DNA of 51,344 bases from assembly GCA_013265495.1 (NCBI GenBank), contig MU058213.1:5170854-5222197 (forward strand), written 5' to 3'. Positions 14,678 through 26,529 of the stretch are shown here, in pieces (position 1 is the stretch's first letter; every line of letters begins with the position of its first letter). The notes beneath the pieces were generated by a model. The model did not search any database and was not told where the DNA came from. It saw only the letters and a program-made list of their open reading frames with translations. The position numbers and the translations under genes are program-made. Source of the stretch: Vicugna vicugna (taxonomy: Eukaryota).

Positions 14678-14859
14678 TGAGACTGAGGAGCAGGACAAGA
14701 CAGAGATTTGTCCCCGGCAAAGCCCACTAACAATTCCCAAGAAATAAAAATAGAGTCTGGGCAATAAAATTAAGTCTAACCTCTTCTGTTTTCCTTTGTG
14801 CTTAGTCTAGTTTCACTTGCTCACAGGGTGCTGTGTGGAGAAGCCTTGTACCCGGAGTT

Positions 14860-15090
14860 TCAGACCACAGTTCCCGGAGCTAAAGGCCTGTGAGGACACC
14901 TGAGCTTCGAGGCCCGACGTGCGCCGACGCTGCACGGGCACCGCGGTCTGGCACCGCACACGCGCCTGCGCCTGCGCCTGCACGTGAGCCGCGCGCCTGC
15001 GCCTGCGCCTGCCCGCGAGAGCCCCGCCCCTCCCCGGACACGAGCGGGGTAAGGCGGCCCCGCCCACGGCCTGGGCGGGAGAGCTGGGCT
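14860..15090. promoter_or_regulatory. Small orphan CpG island with NRF1-like arrays, E-box and GC boxes
   Basis: High CpG density. (GCGCCT)3GC at 14962-14981 and 14993-15012, CACGTG at 14981-14986, GC boxes at 15021-15030, 15057-15065 and 15073-15079. Confidence 0.65.
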
Positions 15091-15096
15091 CTAGAG

Positions 15097-15138
15097 CAGC
15101 AACATTGTAAACTGACTATACCTCAACTGAAAAAAAAA
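15097..15138 (+). mobile_element. Extreme 3' tail (~40 bp) of a relatively recent L1 with poly(A)
   Basis: cagcaacattgtaaactgactatacctcaactgaaaaaaaaa resembles the terminus of laurasiatherian L1s (CAACATTGTAAA..ACTATAC.TCAA + A tail). Confidence 0.7.
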
Positions 15139-16039
15139 TAAGGATAAAGCTCTCCTTTGCTTCTAAACTGAAGTCAGTCTCATTTTATTGGTTCAGACGA
15201 CACCGGGCAGGAGGATCCTCGTCGGGGACCAGCTTTGAAGGATAGGTAACAAAACGATGTTGTAAAAGAAATTAGTCAACTTGAGCTGACTTGATAAATA
15301 GCATGTATTTCATTTTATGAGAATTAGGACAGGGACCCGCTCTTGAGAAGCAAACCGAAAAAGCAGGGCCAAAAGACCTTGAAAACATTCAGAGGCATTC
15401 ACGCTCCAGCAGGAACGGGGCCCGGTACATGCTGGTTTCAAGTTCCTCCTTGCTACATAAATGGCCAAAGGAAACATTATCCAAGAGTTTCACATCAAAG
15501 GCTAAATGGCAAACTGATCTTCCTTTAAATCTGGCCAATAACAGAGTGAGGATTAGACAACATACATGTTTAGGAAGAGGGCTTCAAGTCGTTCCGGAGT
15601 GGGCTTTTCCGTATTTTCATTCCCAGATGGTCTCCACTGGGGAGCAGTTGTTGTGTAAACCATTCAGGGTGGCACAGACAGTCCGGCCGAAGCCTGCGGG
15701 TCTTGTAATAACCCTGTAGGGGGTCTAAACAATGTGCTGAATATACAGAAGCAAAAGTTGGAGAACAGTCAGAGCTGCATTCACCATCTTGCCCCTCACT
15801 GCCTTGAGGAATTCAGATGAGGTCTACCTCCAAGTAAGGAGGCCTCCAGGAAACCCACAGGAAACTTGTCCTGGAGTGTCAGGGTCTATAAGAGGGCCTG
15901 AGCGCTGGGTGAGAAATGATGTCCCATGGACGGATCAGCAAAGCAACTGAGAGGCATTTGGTTTGTACTTTTTGCAGTTGTTTAGAGCTGTGTGTGTGCA
16001 CCATGATGCCTCAGACTAACTGAAGAGGTATCTCATCCA

Positions 16040-16230
16040 CGATGTTGTTTAATCCTCACGCAACATTGTGAGGTCAGCAGGGCAGGAATGATCTTCTGGA
16101 TCCTACGGAGGAGGCAGCTACATGATTTACCCAAAGATACACAACTTGCAAATGGTCAATGAGGGGCTCCAAGTGAGGACTTCTGATCACTTCTGACCCT
16201 CTGATGCCACGTGCTTTTCACTCTGCCATG
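16040..16230 (-). mobile_element. MIR SINE (degraded)
   Basis: tttaatcctcacgcaacattgtgagg...tgatttacccaaagatacacaact. Confidence 0.6.
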
Positions 16231-16267
16231 TTGCTAACTGGCTATTTCTGTGTGCAAAGTTGTCACT

Positions 16268-16339
16268 CTGGATTACCACCCACGGGGACCTGGGAAAGGT
16301 TCTACATTATCCTTCCATAAACTGCATGTATGTGCCTGG
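16268..16339 (+). repeat. Dispersed direct repeat, copy 2 (pairs with 14133-14205)
   Basis: Manual alignment: 61 of 73 positions identical. Confidence 0.85.
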
Positions 16340-18539
16340 CAAGGAGTCACAGTGAGATAGTAAAGAAAGCTACCAACTTTTGTCTGTGAGTTACCATATT
16401 GTATTGGGAGCTTCACAAGGGCAGGAGCCATTCCTGGCTCGCTCTGTAGCCCAGCACTTGTGCCAGTATCTGGGATAGTAAATGTCTACAGAGGAAGGGA
16501 AAGGGAGAGCATGGGAGGGAGGGAGGGAGGTTAATTTCTTAGGAGCACTGGTCTGCGGTGTTGGCTCTTCTCTCATGAAATATCAGAGACTCTGAAGAAG
16601 AGAGAGAGGACTTTGAAGAATGTATATTTTCCGGCCCCATTCTGGATGCAGTAGTTTCCCATCTTTGTTTTATTTATTTTTTTACTCCCACTTTTAATTC
16701 ATGTGATTTTGTTGTTTTCATTGTTCCTGTTATACTTTAAGCATTCTTGTGACCGACTAAATATTTCCAGAACATTAGTAGACCAAAAAAAAAAAACAAC
16801 CCAAAAAACCCTAGAAAAACAAATAGCTATATAAATACATGTCAGTGGCAGTGAGCATTTCTGATCTGTTTGCACCCCTCCTCCTGCCAAGAATGCAGCC
16901 CAGGCAACACTAACAAATCCTGCAGGGAGATTTTCCCCAGCAGTCTTGCTACCTTTCCTCTTCACACCTTCCCGCATTCTACTCACTCTTTAACCCTTTT
17001 CCAGGGCCAGTTTCCTCCTCCCTGACCTCAGCCAACTAATCTAGCTCTAGTTTCTCCTAACTGAACGTGGCATGTACTACTTGTGAGCTCTGTGTGCTCT
17101 GAGATGGGCAGGAGCATGGGGCAGGCGTGGAGCCGTCTGGCTGACCCCCCGGCCCTCTGCAATCTGACCAGTTTCCAGCGTGTGGTACCTGCTCTTGCTG
17201 GTCCGTCTCTTCACTATCACATAAGCATGCCCTGCCCTCACCTCTGTGCCTCTGTGCCGCTCATTTCTTTGAGCAGGAATTCCTTCTTCTTGCTCCCTTG
17301 CCTACTGAATTAAATTCCTTCCTCAAGCCCTGTTCAAAACCTTTGTCCTCTTTTCTTGGGTGCCCTCCTGTTTTAACTATACAGCCCAGTAGATTCCCTG
17401 TTTCTCTGTTCTTTAGTCCTTATATTATATTTTTGTCTTTTATTATCTAACATGTCATGAAAACAAATATTGTCAATGTGAATGCACTAAGGGTGCTTTG
17501 GAGGAAAAGTTACAATGGAAAGCTCAGGTGTTAACAGTTTAAAAAGACCATGATTACATAGTGCGGATGACAAGTGACCAAGGGGTGTCTCTGTGCTGCT
17601 TTCATTAATGACATCTGTAATGCCGTCTTCATTTTCCTTTATGTCAGGATCACAAAGGGAAGAGATCTGCGGGACTTCCTGCTCTGAAGAACTATCAAAT
17701 TGTGTCTCTTATTCTGGATTCTGCTTTCTATAAGCTCTACCTGGCACCTGACACAGCACATTTCTGTGATCACTGTGTCCATCTTGTTCTCTTTCCTTCC
17801 TGAGGACCCATGAGGTAGATGTGCAGAGAGCTTACGGCTCACCCCAGTGCCCAGGGAACAGCATTCACCCATGCTCAATTTGTTCCTCCAAGGGACAAGA
17901 CACTGGCAGTCAGAGCAGTGAATCCCAGTCCAGAGCAACATGTCTCTCCCCAAGTCTCACTTCCTTTGTGTCTAAGTCATCAGTTTCTGTTATTGCTTCA
18001 CTTGACCAGGACTTGGGTGGGGAAGCAGAGGTGGAAGGGGGAGATGTGCAGGTCTAAGGAGTGGAAACCGCTCCCCAAAAGCACAACCCTGAGAACCCAG
18101 AGAAAGCAAACAAGCTCCGGCTGGTCGTACAGGCGCCACTTACAGCTTCCTTTTCACAGCTGCAAAAATATTGCATCAGGTTGTCAGTTTTTGACTTTGT
18201 TTCACTTTGGTAAATAAAAATAAAGCTCCTGCTAAATGCCATCAGCAAATGTGAGCTCTCATCACATGGGCCATGCTTGTGAGAACAAGGCTCCTCTACA
18301 TTTTAGCTCTCACGGAGGCTACTGTGAATGAAAACTGTCACTGCATATGTTTCACACACAGTTATACTTGTTTGCCACACAGAACTGTATGCATACACGG
18401 GTTTTAAATAGTGTCAGAAAATAAGGGTCTTGCTTATCTCATTGTAAGAACACCCTCTAGACTCTGCTCAGTAACCAGAGACAGCAACACACCTGAAAAG
18501 CCCAGCAGCCAAGAGAAGGACCCAGATGGACTCAGCAGG

Positions 18540-18602
18540 ACACAAAGACACTGATAAACACAGCCCAGTGATCCCGAGAGTACACAATATAAATGCTTTA
18601 TT
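18540..18602 (-). terminator. ALDH1A2: ALDH1A2 polyadenylation signal and GU-rich downstream element
   Basis: AATAAA on the minus strand (tttatt at 18597-18602), followed ~35-60 nt downstream by GCTGTGTTTATCAGTGTCTTTGTGT. Confidence 0.78.
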
Positions 18603-20322
18603 GCTAGCACAGGTTTCTTTTTAAGTAAATTAAAAGAAATAAATCTTCATTTTCACATTCTATATTGCAGTTTGAAGGTAACTAGCTGGTTAATGGATAT
18701 GTTCACTTGGACACAGGCTACAGGAGGAGAGCATGACATTCACATGAAAGAACTCAGAAACGTGGCATCTCTCAAGGCGTCCGGCCACTGTCGTTTGTCA
18801 GTTACAGCAAGTAGAGGTTTCTTTAGAACATCATGAACAGACGAGGGTTATAAATAGAGAACCGGTATGGTTAGAAAGCAGAAAACCATTAAATACAGAA
18901 GGCTACATATGTGCTGCCCATATTTCATATACTCTAGGTTATGTTTGGTACTTTTAAATAAATGATCTTCGTCTAGGTTAGAGAATGGACTAGATTTGGC
19001 AGCTGGAAAGAGGGGAAAAGGAAAGGAAGCTGACACTGCCACATCGAATGGTGCCTTCACTGGAGAGCAGAAGAGGCGAGTGCGGCTGAGAGGAGAGGGG
19101 GCAGGAATGCTGTGTGGACGAGCCACGGGCGTGACAAGGGGAGCTCTGAGGGAGCGTGGTAATCGTGGCACACTGGAACTCTGCAAACGGAGAAAGAAAC
19201 CTCCGGGCCTGGCCAGGTTTTACAAGGTTACTGCCAGCAGATTTAGGGCATGATAGACCAAAGCAACACACATAGTGCTGGGACTGACAAGTGTTCTGCG
19301 CTGGGGACTGGGGAGCAGAAGAAGCTATCCATTCCAAGTGCAGAGATAATTCACATAATAGGAATCGTTAGCCAGTACTGGAGACGGAATTATTTCTGCA
19401 AGGCACCCAGCATTACCTTTTTCCAAATTCTCGAGCCTACTCAGATCATTTTTTTGGGTTGATTTTAAGATAAGCTTTGGGAAAGATCTTATCAACCCAT
19501 GAAAAACAACCCACCCCCTGCCTTATTCCAGGATAACCAAGAAAGAATTAAATGTCCCCCCTCCGCCCACCACACAGGTACACACACAAGCACACTCTCC
19601 AAACCATGCCGTGAGCTCTGAGGTTGAGAACACCACGTTACGCTCCCTGGAGCTCCCTCCTCCTGATCTTTCACTCTGCTATTAGTGGATGTAAGAAAAC
19701 CAGACCGGGTTGGGAATAGCCCCAGTTCTTACTCTTCAGTACATCTGCAGTGTACCAGCTCCTGGCATTTTCAGTCTGGTCTGGCTCTAACTAAAACCAT
19801 TTCATGTTTTGCTTTGAAGAAATGGATAACATGAAACGGTAATTTGGCTGCAAAACTTTGGAAAATTGTTCCCGGCCCAAACATCTGCCCCAAATGAGCT
19901 CAGCTGAGATCTCTATGGAGGGGCGGGAGGGGTGGGTGAGCAGGGAGGGTCTGGGAGGGGAAATGAAGGCAGTGGGAAAGGCTACCTTTCCTCAGGAGGA
20001 AAGTCCTTTGTGACAAAAGGCATCAAACTATACAGCTCCCTCACTCAGAAGGAAATACTGGACGCGCCTGATACCACTCCTGGTGCCTTCATCCCACTTC
20101 CCCCGTATTTGGTAGCATCAAGGTGACCCCTCACGAGTGCCAAGAAACCACGCCCAGCTGGCTTGCTTTCGTTATGCATAACTGGCCTGGCCTACCTGTT
20201 GTCATTAAATCTTTAAATAAGGACTGAGTATCAACTTTGGATTCCTGAGAGCTAGGCCCCACAGGGAGAGCAGGGGGAGAGTGAGTCGTGCAGGCTGGCC
20301 GTCACCTTCCTTCTTGGCCATC
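18578..20322 (-). other. ALDH1A2: ALDH1A2 3'UTR (~1.7 kb; 3' end approximate)
   Basis: Runs from the stop codon to the first minus-strand AATAAA I found. No obvious interspersed repeat within it. Confidence 0.75.
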
Positions 20323-20395
20323 TTAAGAGTTCTTCTGGGGGATCTTTACCGTCACAGTCTTCACTTCTGAGTACTCTCGCAAACCAAATTCTCCC
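20323..20395 (-). CDS. ALDH1A2: ALDH1A2 last coding exon (human exon 13 equivalent), (M)GEFGLREYSEVKTVTVKIPQKNS*
   Basis: Minus-strand translation gives the ALDH1A-family C-terminus ending QKNS-TAA (stop 20323-20325). AG acceptor at 20396-20397. Phase 2 start completes the AT|G codon from the previous exon. Confidence 0.97.
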
Positions 20396-22479
20396 CTGAA
20401 AAACAGGAACAGGCAGGATCAGGTACCAAGAGGCCCAGGCAGCCCAACCTGGGCTTTCCTCTTCAAAACCCCACGTCCTGCCACTGGGCGCCCGGGATGT
20501 GCCTGTGCTCTGAGCGCTCTCTCGGAGATCCAGTCTACTTCAACTGAAAGGGAGCCGTGAGATTCCCAGGCTAGGGTCCTCTTGGCTTGGTATTCTCAGC
20601 TCCTCCTTGATGGTCCTTAGGTTTAATAAGTGGAAACAAACACCCAGAGACCTACCAGGGAAGAGCACAAGTCATCTGCGATGCCTCACAGACACAATCC
20701 TCCATAAACACTGTCAACAGCCCACAGCCAGGGCAGAGCCAGGGAGTCAAAACAACTGAAAAGAACTGGGAGGCGTGAGCAAGCTGTCCCCAGGACTTGC
20801 CTTTGGCCACTTCCCCTCCTGGCTTACGGCGCCCTCTAGGATTGTGGTCATGGACCAAGGACTGTTAAAGCATTTACTGTGCTATTACTATGGGGCAGCA
20901 CTGTGTTGGGTTGGGTGAAGGAGAGACTAAATAATTGGTCCCAGCCTCTGAGGGGCCTGCAGGTGGTTGAACCTGAGAGGGTGAGGCTGGGAGCCAGGTC
21001 ACATGTCTAGGTGGCCCCAGGAGATGCAGTCCCTCTAACTGCTGCTTTAAGGATTCTGGGGTGTGGCTACACCCTTGCTGCTACAATACCCCTTTTCTAT
21101 CCCCCTCTTCTCTGGTTCCTCATCTTTACCTTTTTCTAATTGCCTTTCCCCCCTCTATTTCATTGTAATATCTTTTTCTCCTATTTTTTTGATAAAATAC
21201 TTGAACTTATTTCTTCTTTTTTTTTTTAAAGTCATTCCTCTGTGAAGCGTTTCCTTGAGTTCTCAGCAGAAGGAGCCCCTCCTCCTCCTCTGTATCCAGA
21301 GCACCTGTACCCACCTCTACCTCTGACAGCACTGTTACCTTGGGAGGAGAGGGGCTGCTCGAGCAGCTGTCTCCCCCACTGAACTGTATCTTACTGATCT
21401 TCCTTTCTTTCCTCCCCCAAACCTAGTGTGTGGCCTGCGGCATCAGGCGCAAGGAAGACGCTGGGTAACTGTGGGGGGAAGGATGGGGAGCGGGCTTCTT
21501 CCTATCCCCACCACCCCCGTCCACCCTGCTGACAGGCCGTTTCTGCCAGGGAAAGCAAAAAACAAAAGACATGTGGAGATATATTTGAGATAAGAAAGGC
21601 TGTCTTTTAAAAGTCTTATATAAAAGGTACAAAGTGACTGTAAGTGGGCTTTACAGCGAAGACCTGCTGTGGAAGATTCATCCTGCTCCACGGCCCACCA
21701 TAAGGCTCCCCTCACTTTGCCAGCCGCTCCTCTGAGCACCAGCGGTGCCTGAGTTGACATTCCCCACCAAGGACATCAGGGGCTGGGGCAAGCGCACTGT
21801 TCTGTCATCTGTACTGGCCACTCTGCTCACAGGAATGAGAAGAATAAATGGGACTGCCCCACTCAGTATATGGTTCCCTTGATGGCTCCATCCAGGCTGT
21901 CTCTTTATTACCAGCTCAGCTCTGGCTCTCACTGGACTTTTTCCTGCCCTTGGGCAATTGTGCATGTGTCTCTTCATCATGGACATCATCTGCCTCCTGT
22001 TTGAAGCATGGTTACTCCCTTCTTGTTCCCTTGCTTGTGCACGCACTTGGGACAAACCCTGAACTACCTTCCTCCCACTCAGACCTCAAACTAGGTTATG
22101 ACGAATGTAATGAAGTCTACAGAGCCAGAAACCTTGTTTTCGAGTGTTACTGGCAGATCCCAAATCTCTGGGTGCTCAAAGCAACAGAAAATTCTGCTGG
22201 ACTGGAGGTGCTTCTCTCTCAGGTCCCAGGCAGCCATCAGCTGCGTGGCCCACACAGCCCACTGTCAGAGGAATGGACTCAAATCTGCCATAAAAGCCCA
22301 TGGCCCAGGCCTCAAGGAAAGCCAGTGAGAGGCCTTAGGGCAGTACATAGAGCAGAATACTGGGGCTGGAGGTCAGCAGATGGGAGTGCCAACTCAACTT
22401 TGCATTAAATGGCTGTATGACTCCAGCCAAGTCACCCTCATCTTCTTGGTACCCAGGTGTCTCTCTGACATCAGTTCCT

Positions 22480-22630
22480 GAACCTCATTATACATATCAC
22501 CCATGAAGCTTGCTTAAATTGTAGGTTCCTCACCACACCCCACCAAAAATTCTGTTCCAGTTGGTCTAGGGAGGAGCCCAAGAGCCTGAGACGGGTGGTT
22601 CCTGGGCCCCTCCTCAGCAGCACTGCTGTA
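22480..22630. mobile_element. MER5-like DNA transposon relic
   Basis: tcaccc...agcttgcttaaa...ccccacc...attctgttccagttggtctaggg...gccc. Confidence 0.55.
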
Positions 22631-23034
22631 AGGTCTCTGAAAGCCCTGACGTTCAAATTTTTCAGCTATTTCTCCATCTCATTCCAGGGCTTTCTCTCAA
22701 ATCCACTTAAATTTTTCCTAATCCAGTTAAATTCAGTGGCACAATACAGGTCCATAGTTAAGAAGCCCACTACTGCACAAAAAGCATGTATGGTCCCCTG
22801 CTAGGCTGGACCGTGTCAGGGCACAGTGCGCTTAGGAGCCCGTGTTCCTGCTGCTGGGCCAGACTGGTTACACTCCCAGAGGTGAACCAAGCTTGGCATA
22901 CGCGGAGGTAAGGCAAGACATTAGACTTTGGTCTCCCTCAGCCAGACGTTTTAGGAAGTCACTCAGACTCACCCATAAAATAAACAGAGTTTTCTGCTTA
23001 AGGTGTGTATTTCCTGCCCTTTTCTTTGGCTTAC

Positions 23035-23200
23035 AATAGCACTCTGCAAAGCATGGTCCCCAGACCACCTGCATCAGAATCATTCCAGACGCTTGTTAAA
23101 AATGCAAATCTTGGGCCCTAGGCCAGATCTACTAAATTACAATTTCTGAGCGTGGTCCCTGGAAAGTCAAGCTTAGCAAGGGCCCCTCCAGATTGCAAGT
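23035..23200. mobile_element. MER5A-like DNA transposon relic
   Basis: caaagcatggtccccagaccacctgcatcagaatca...gcttgttaaaaatgcaaatcttgggccc...ccagatctactaaat. Confidence 0.75.
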
Positions 23201-24669
23201 GACTTTCTGTGTACATGCATGCTGTGTGCGCACATGCGTGTGCACACACACACACGCACTGTGTGTACACTTGCAGACTCACAGCATCTGAACAGTGCTT
23301 CTCATCTTCAAAGCCAGTGTCCTTAGTTTTTTAAATGCTGGTTCATAGCTTTCGTTCTATCACCCAGATTTGTGACACATATTTTACAGCCTGGGCTCTA
23401 TGACTGCTCGTCTCAGGGGAGCTTAAATGAGAAGATAAAGGATGGGAGGACTGAGACAGATGGAACTAGCAGGACAAGAACTGAGAAAAACGCAGTCCAA
23501 GTCTCGGGCCCTGGGAATGAGAGGCCAGCCCATCCGCAACCTGCAGAGGGCAGCCCTCTCCACAGCTCTCTGTGGGGAGCACACAGGGGCTCCAACAGCC
23601 CTCCTTGGAGCTTTTTTCCAGAAAGTGCTATTTCCCTTCTCTGTTCCTCTCACAGGTGGGCATGAGGATGTCAGGGACCAAAGTGGCATGGAGCCTGCAG
23701 GCCGTGAGGTCAACAACTCTGTCCAGGTGGAAGGCTGGGTGGAGTTTCTGGGACCGAAGGAAGAGGAGGGGACCAGCACGAGGCAGGTTCTTTGATTTGA
23801 AGCATTTCCTATCACTCAAGGTCATTTAAGGGAGAGAAAACATGTTTGGGGGGCAAACAGGGACAAAAAAACCACATAATTTAACAAAATGAAGTGAGTC
23901 TCATCAAAGAGCATTGTTCCTTAGTTATTTTTCAACTGCACCGGGAAGGCCACATCACTAGCGTGCCAATGAGACCAGTCTCCAGGCTCCTGGGCCACTG
24001 TTCTGTATGGTTGTGACGCAGCCAAGTGTTTCCTGGAACTTCCTTCTAGACAAGGGTGATGTTTCTGAAAGAGAGAGACTGGACCTGAACAATGTCACAA
24101 GACTGAATCCTGGGAGGAGGCTTGTCCATGATGAGGGTCCACGCCAGCCTGGGATTAGAAACCATCAACCAGCAATTGTTCATTACAAGTATATTTTATG
24201 CCCATGGTGCACCCTGTTGATGACCTGTGACAGTCAATACGAGCAGCATTCCCAGAGCCAGTCTTGGCCCCACGTTTCAGAGACTGAGAGAGCACAAACA
24301 CAGGGGCAGGAAATGAAGTAAGTTGACTGCATCTTGAAAAGCGGAAGCAGAAAGTTAAGGCCATATGCAAGTTAAGAAGAGATAATAGAGTACATGAAGA
24401 CTTTATAAAAGCTGAAGGAATACTAGTAACTTAGCAAACAGGATCCAGATTGGGTCTGGGCTCTGGCTGTAAAGCAAGTGGGAGGTACTGAAGGCCAGAA
24501 GCAAAGGCTTAAGCAAGAGCAGTTTGTCCCTGGCGTCAACAGAAACAGAAAGTAAGTTGGTGATACTGGAATTTAGGAAAAATTCTGCCACATTTCCAAA
24601 GTAATACATTTATTAAGAAAAAGAAGGATCACCTACATAACAGTCATCTACTTGATCAGTGATGATGAG

Positions 24670-24920
24670 AGTAGCTCACACTTTCTGAAGGGTTGCCAGA
24701 CACTTTGGTGGGTGTTTGGCATATTTGATTCTAACATTTATTCCTCACAGCAATCCTGTGGGGTAGGTACCGTAATTACTCCCATTTTGTAGATGAGGAA
24801 ATTGAGGCTTAGTGACATTAAGTAATTCCTCCAAGGCTGCATAGGTATTAAACAGCAGAGCCAGGGTATGTATCTGAGCAGTGTGAGTCTAGAAACTCTG
24901 CTCTTAGCCCCAAAGCTATA
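24670..24920 (-). mobile_element. MIR SINE
   Basis: cccattttgtagatgaggaaattgaggcttagtgacattaagtaat...ccaagg. Confidence 0.8.
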
Positions 24921-25729
24921 CCTACTTCATGGTTTAATGGGTTGGGGCTAGAAATTTCCAGCTACAGTATCTGAAGTATGTAAATCCTCTGTGTCAGTCT
25001 TTCGGGTTCACTGCACTTTCCCCCAAACACCGCACTTATTTCTCCCAATGCCTGTGCTCACTCTTCCCCCACTGCTACCCTGCTTTGGCCACCAACCCTG
25101 AGAAAATATTCCTCTTTCTTCATCTACTCAAATATTCTTCTCTTTTCAAGGCCAATTCAAATCCCTATAAAAGATCACATCTAAAGGTTTCCTGGACTTC
25201 AGCTTACCACAGTCTCTATTACCCTGCATTCCTCTGCCACTTCACAGGTTTTTCTGAAATTCTTTTGATTCTCTCAATGTTGTGTATTTCATTTATCCAA
25301 CAAGCACTTTAATGAGCTGCATCCTCCCCCACAGACCAAGCATCGTGCTTTGTACAAAGTATATACTCAGTACTTGTTAGTTTAATTGTGTTCAGTAATG
25401 GCAAAGGGAATGGGCATGGAAAGTGTTTCCTCTTATGCGTCACAGGATTTAGAAAACATGGACCAACTCCTTTGAAAGTAAGGGAAAGTGGAAGTTTTTT
25501 GGGTAAGGGGAGGTGTTAGCTCAGGAAGGTGTGGACTACAATTCATTCTTCGAAAGCCACTCAAAAAATCCATTTATATATGAAGCTGCAGATACAATCC
25601 TTCTGGTTTGCCTCTGCCACACTCCTATTTTCCAGGTCCTTAGCATCACAAGAGGACAGCCCAGCTCTGATCGTGACCCAGAGGAGTCCTTACACCTGGT
25701 TTCCATGCTTCCTTGGCCAGATATCATGG

Positions 25730-25980
25730 GAACTAAGTGGATTTGAAGCCACTGCAATTTAGGTTCAAAGCTTAGATCTGCCAGTTACTAGCTGTGGGAC
25801 TTGGGCAAGCTACTTAACCACTCTAACCCTTAGTTCCTCGTCTGAACCATCTATGATACAAAGATAAGGGTACTTAGCCCATAGAATCACTATGAAAAAC
25901 AAGTGAGCTCATGTTAGGTAAAAAGTCAGCATAAAGTTAACACAGGGCAGGCATTGGATTAATACCTATTGTTGTTATTG
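25730..25980 (+). mobile_element. MIR SINE
   Basis: ggttcaaag...tctgccagttactagctgtgggacttgggcaagctacttaacc. Confidence 0.8.
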
Positions 25981-26529
25981 CAAAATCCTTCTAATGGGTC
26001 TTCATCCCATAACCTCTGCCAAAATATCCCTATACGCCAGGAACGCTGGTCTTAAAAACTCTGGTATCTCCTCAGCAACCACTCTGCCCTTTAAGGCCCT
26101 TGAGATTGGGTTTAAAGCAATGTTTCCACTTGCATCTTCAGCAAGTCCTCTCCATACATCCTACGCCCTAGTCCTGCAGCCCCAGACTCTGAGATCTTAT
26201 ACGCAGGCAGTGGGTAGGTGACACAGTGAGTGAACTGGGTACGTGTAAAACCAGCAAGCACCTGTATTCAGTTCCCAGAAGCGGCAGGAGTCATGGGGAA
26301 CAGGGTGAACTGCAGAGACAATTTTGCTATAGGGAATGAAAATAAACGAGAAATCCAGATTGCACGTAAAGCCCCCTCATTTCTGAATGTTAGGTAAAGA
26401 TTTTAAATATTATGAGGCAAAACCCCCACAAAACATTTCTCTGGGCCAGATTTGTCCCTGGGCTGGCAGTTGGTGCCCTTTGTTTTAAACACAGAGAACT
26501 GTTTTGTGCCCAGATTATCCTGTATTTGC

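Noticed and set aside
14813..15141. Overlapping ORFs with AQAQAQ / APAPAP / ACACAC repeats
   Set aside because: These are translations of the (GCGCCT)n arrays, with no coding evidence.
20826..20845. CTCF-like site (reverse TAGAGGGCGCC)
   Set aside because: The 5' CC of the consensus is missing, so it cannot be supported without a PWM score or ChIP data.
21848..22408. 186-aa plus-strand ORF in the last ALDH1A2 intron
   Set aside because: No recognisable domain or exon context. Its length is compatible with chance in 51 kb.
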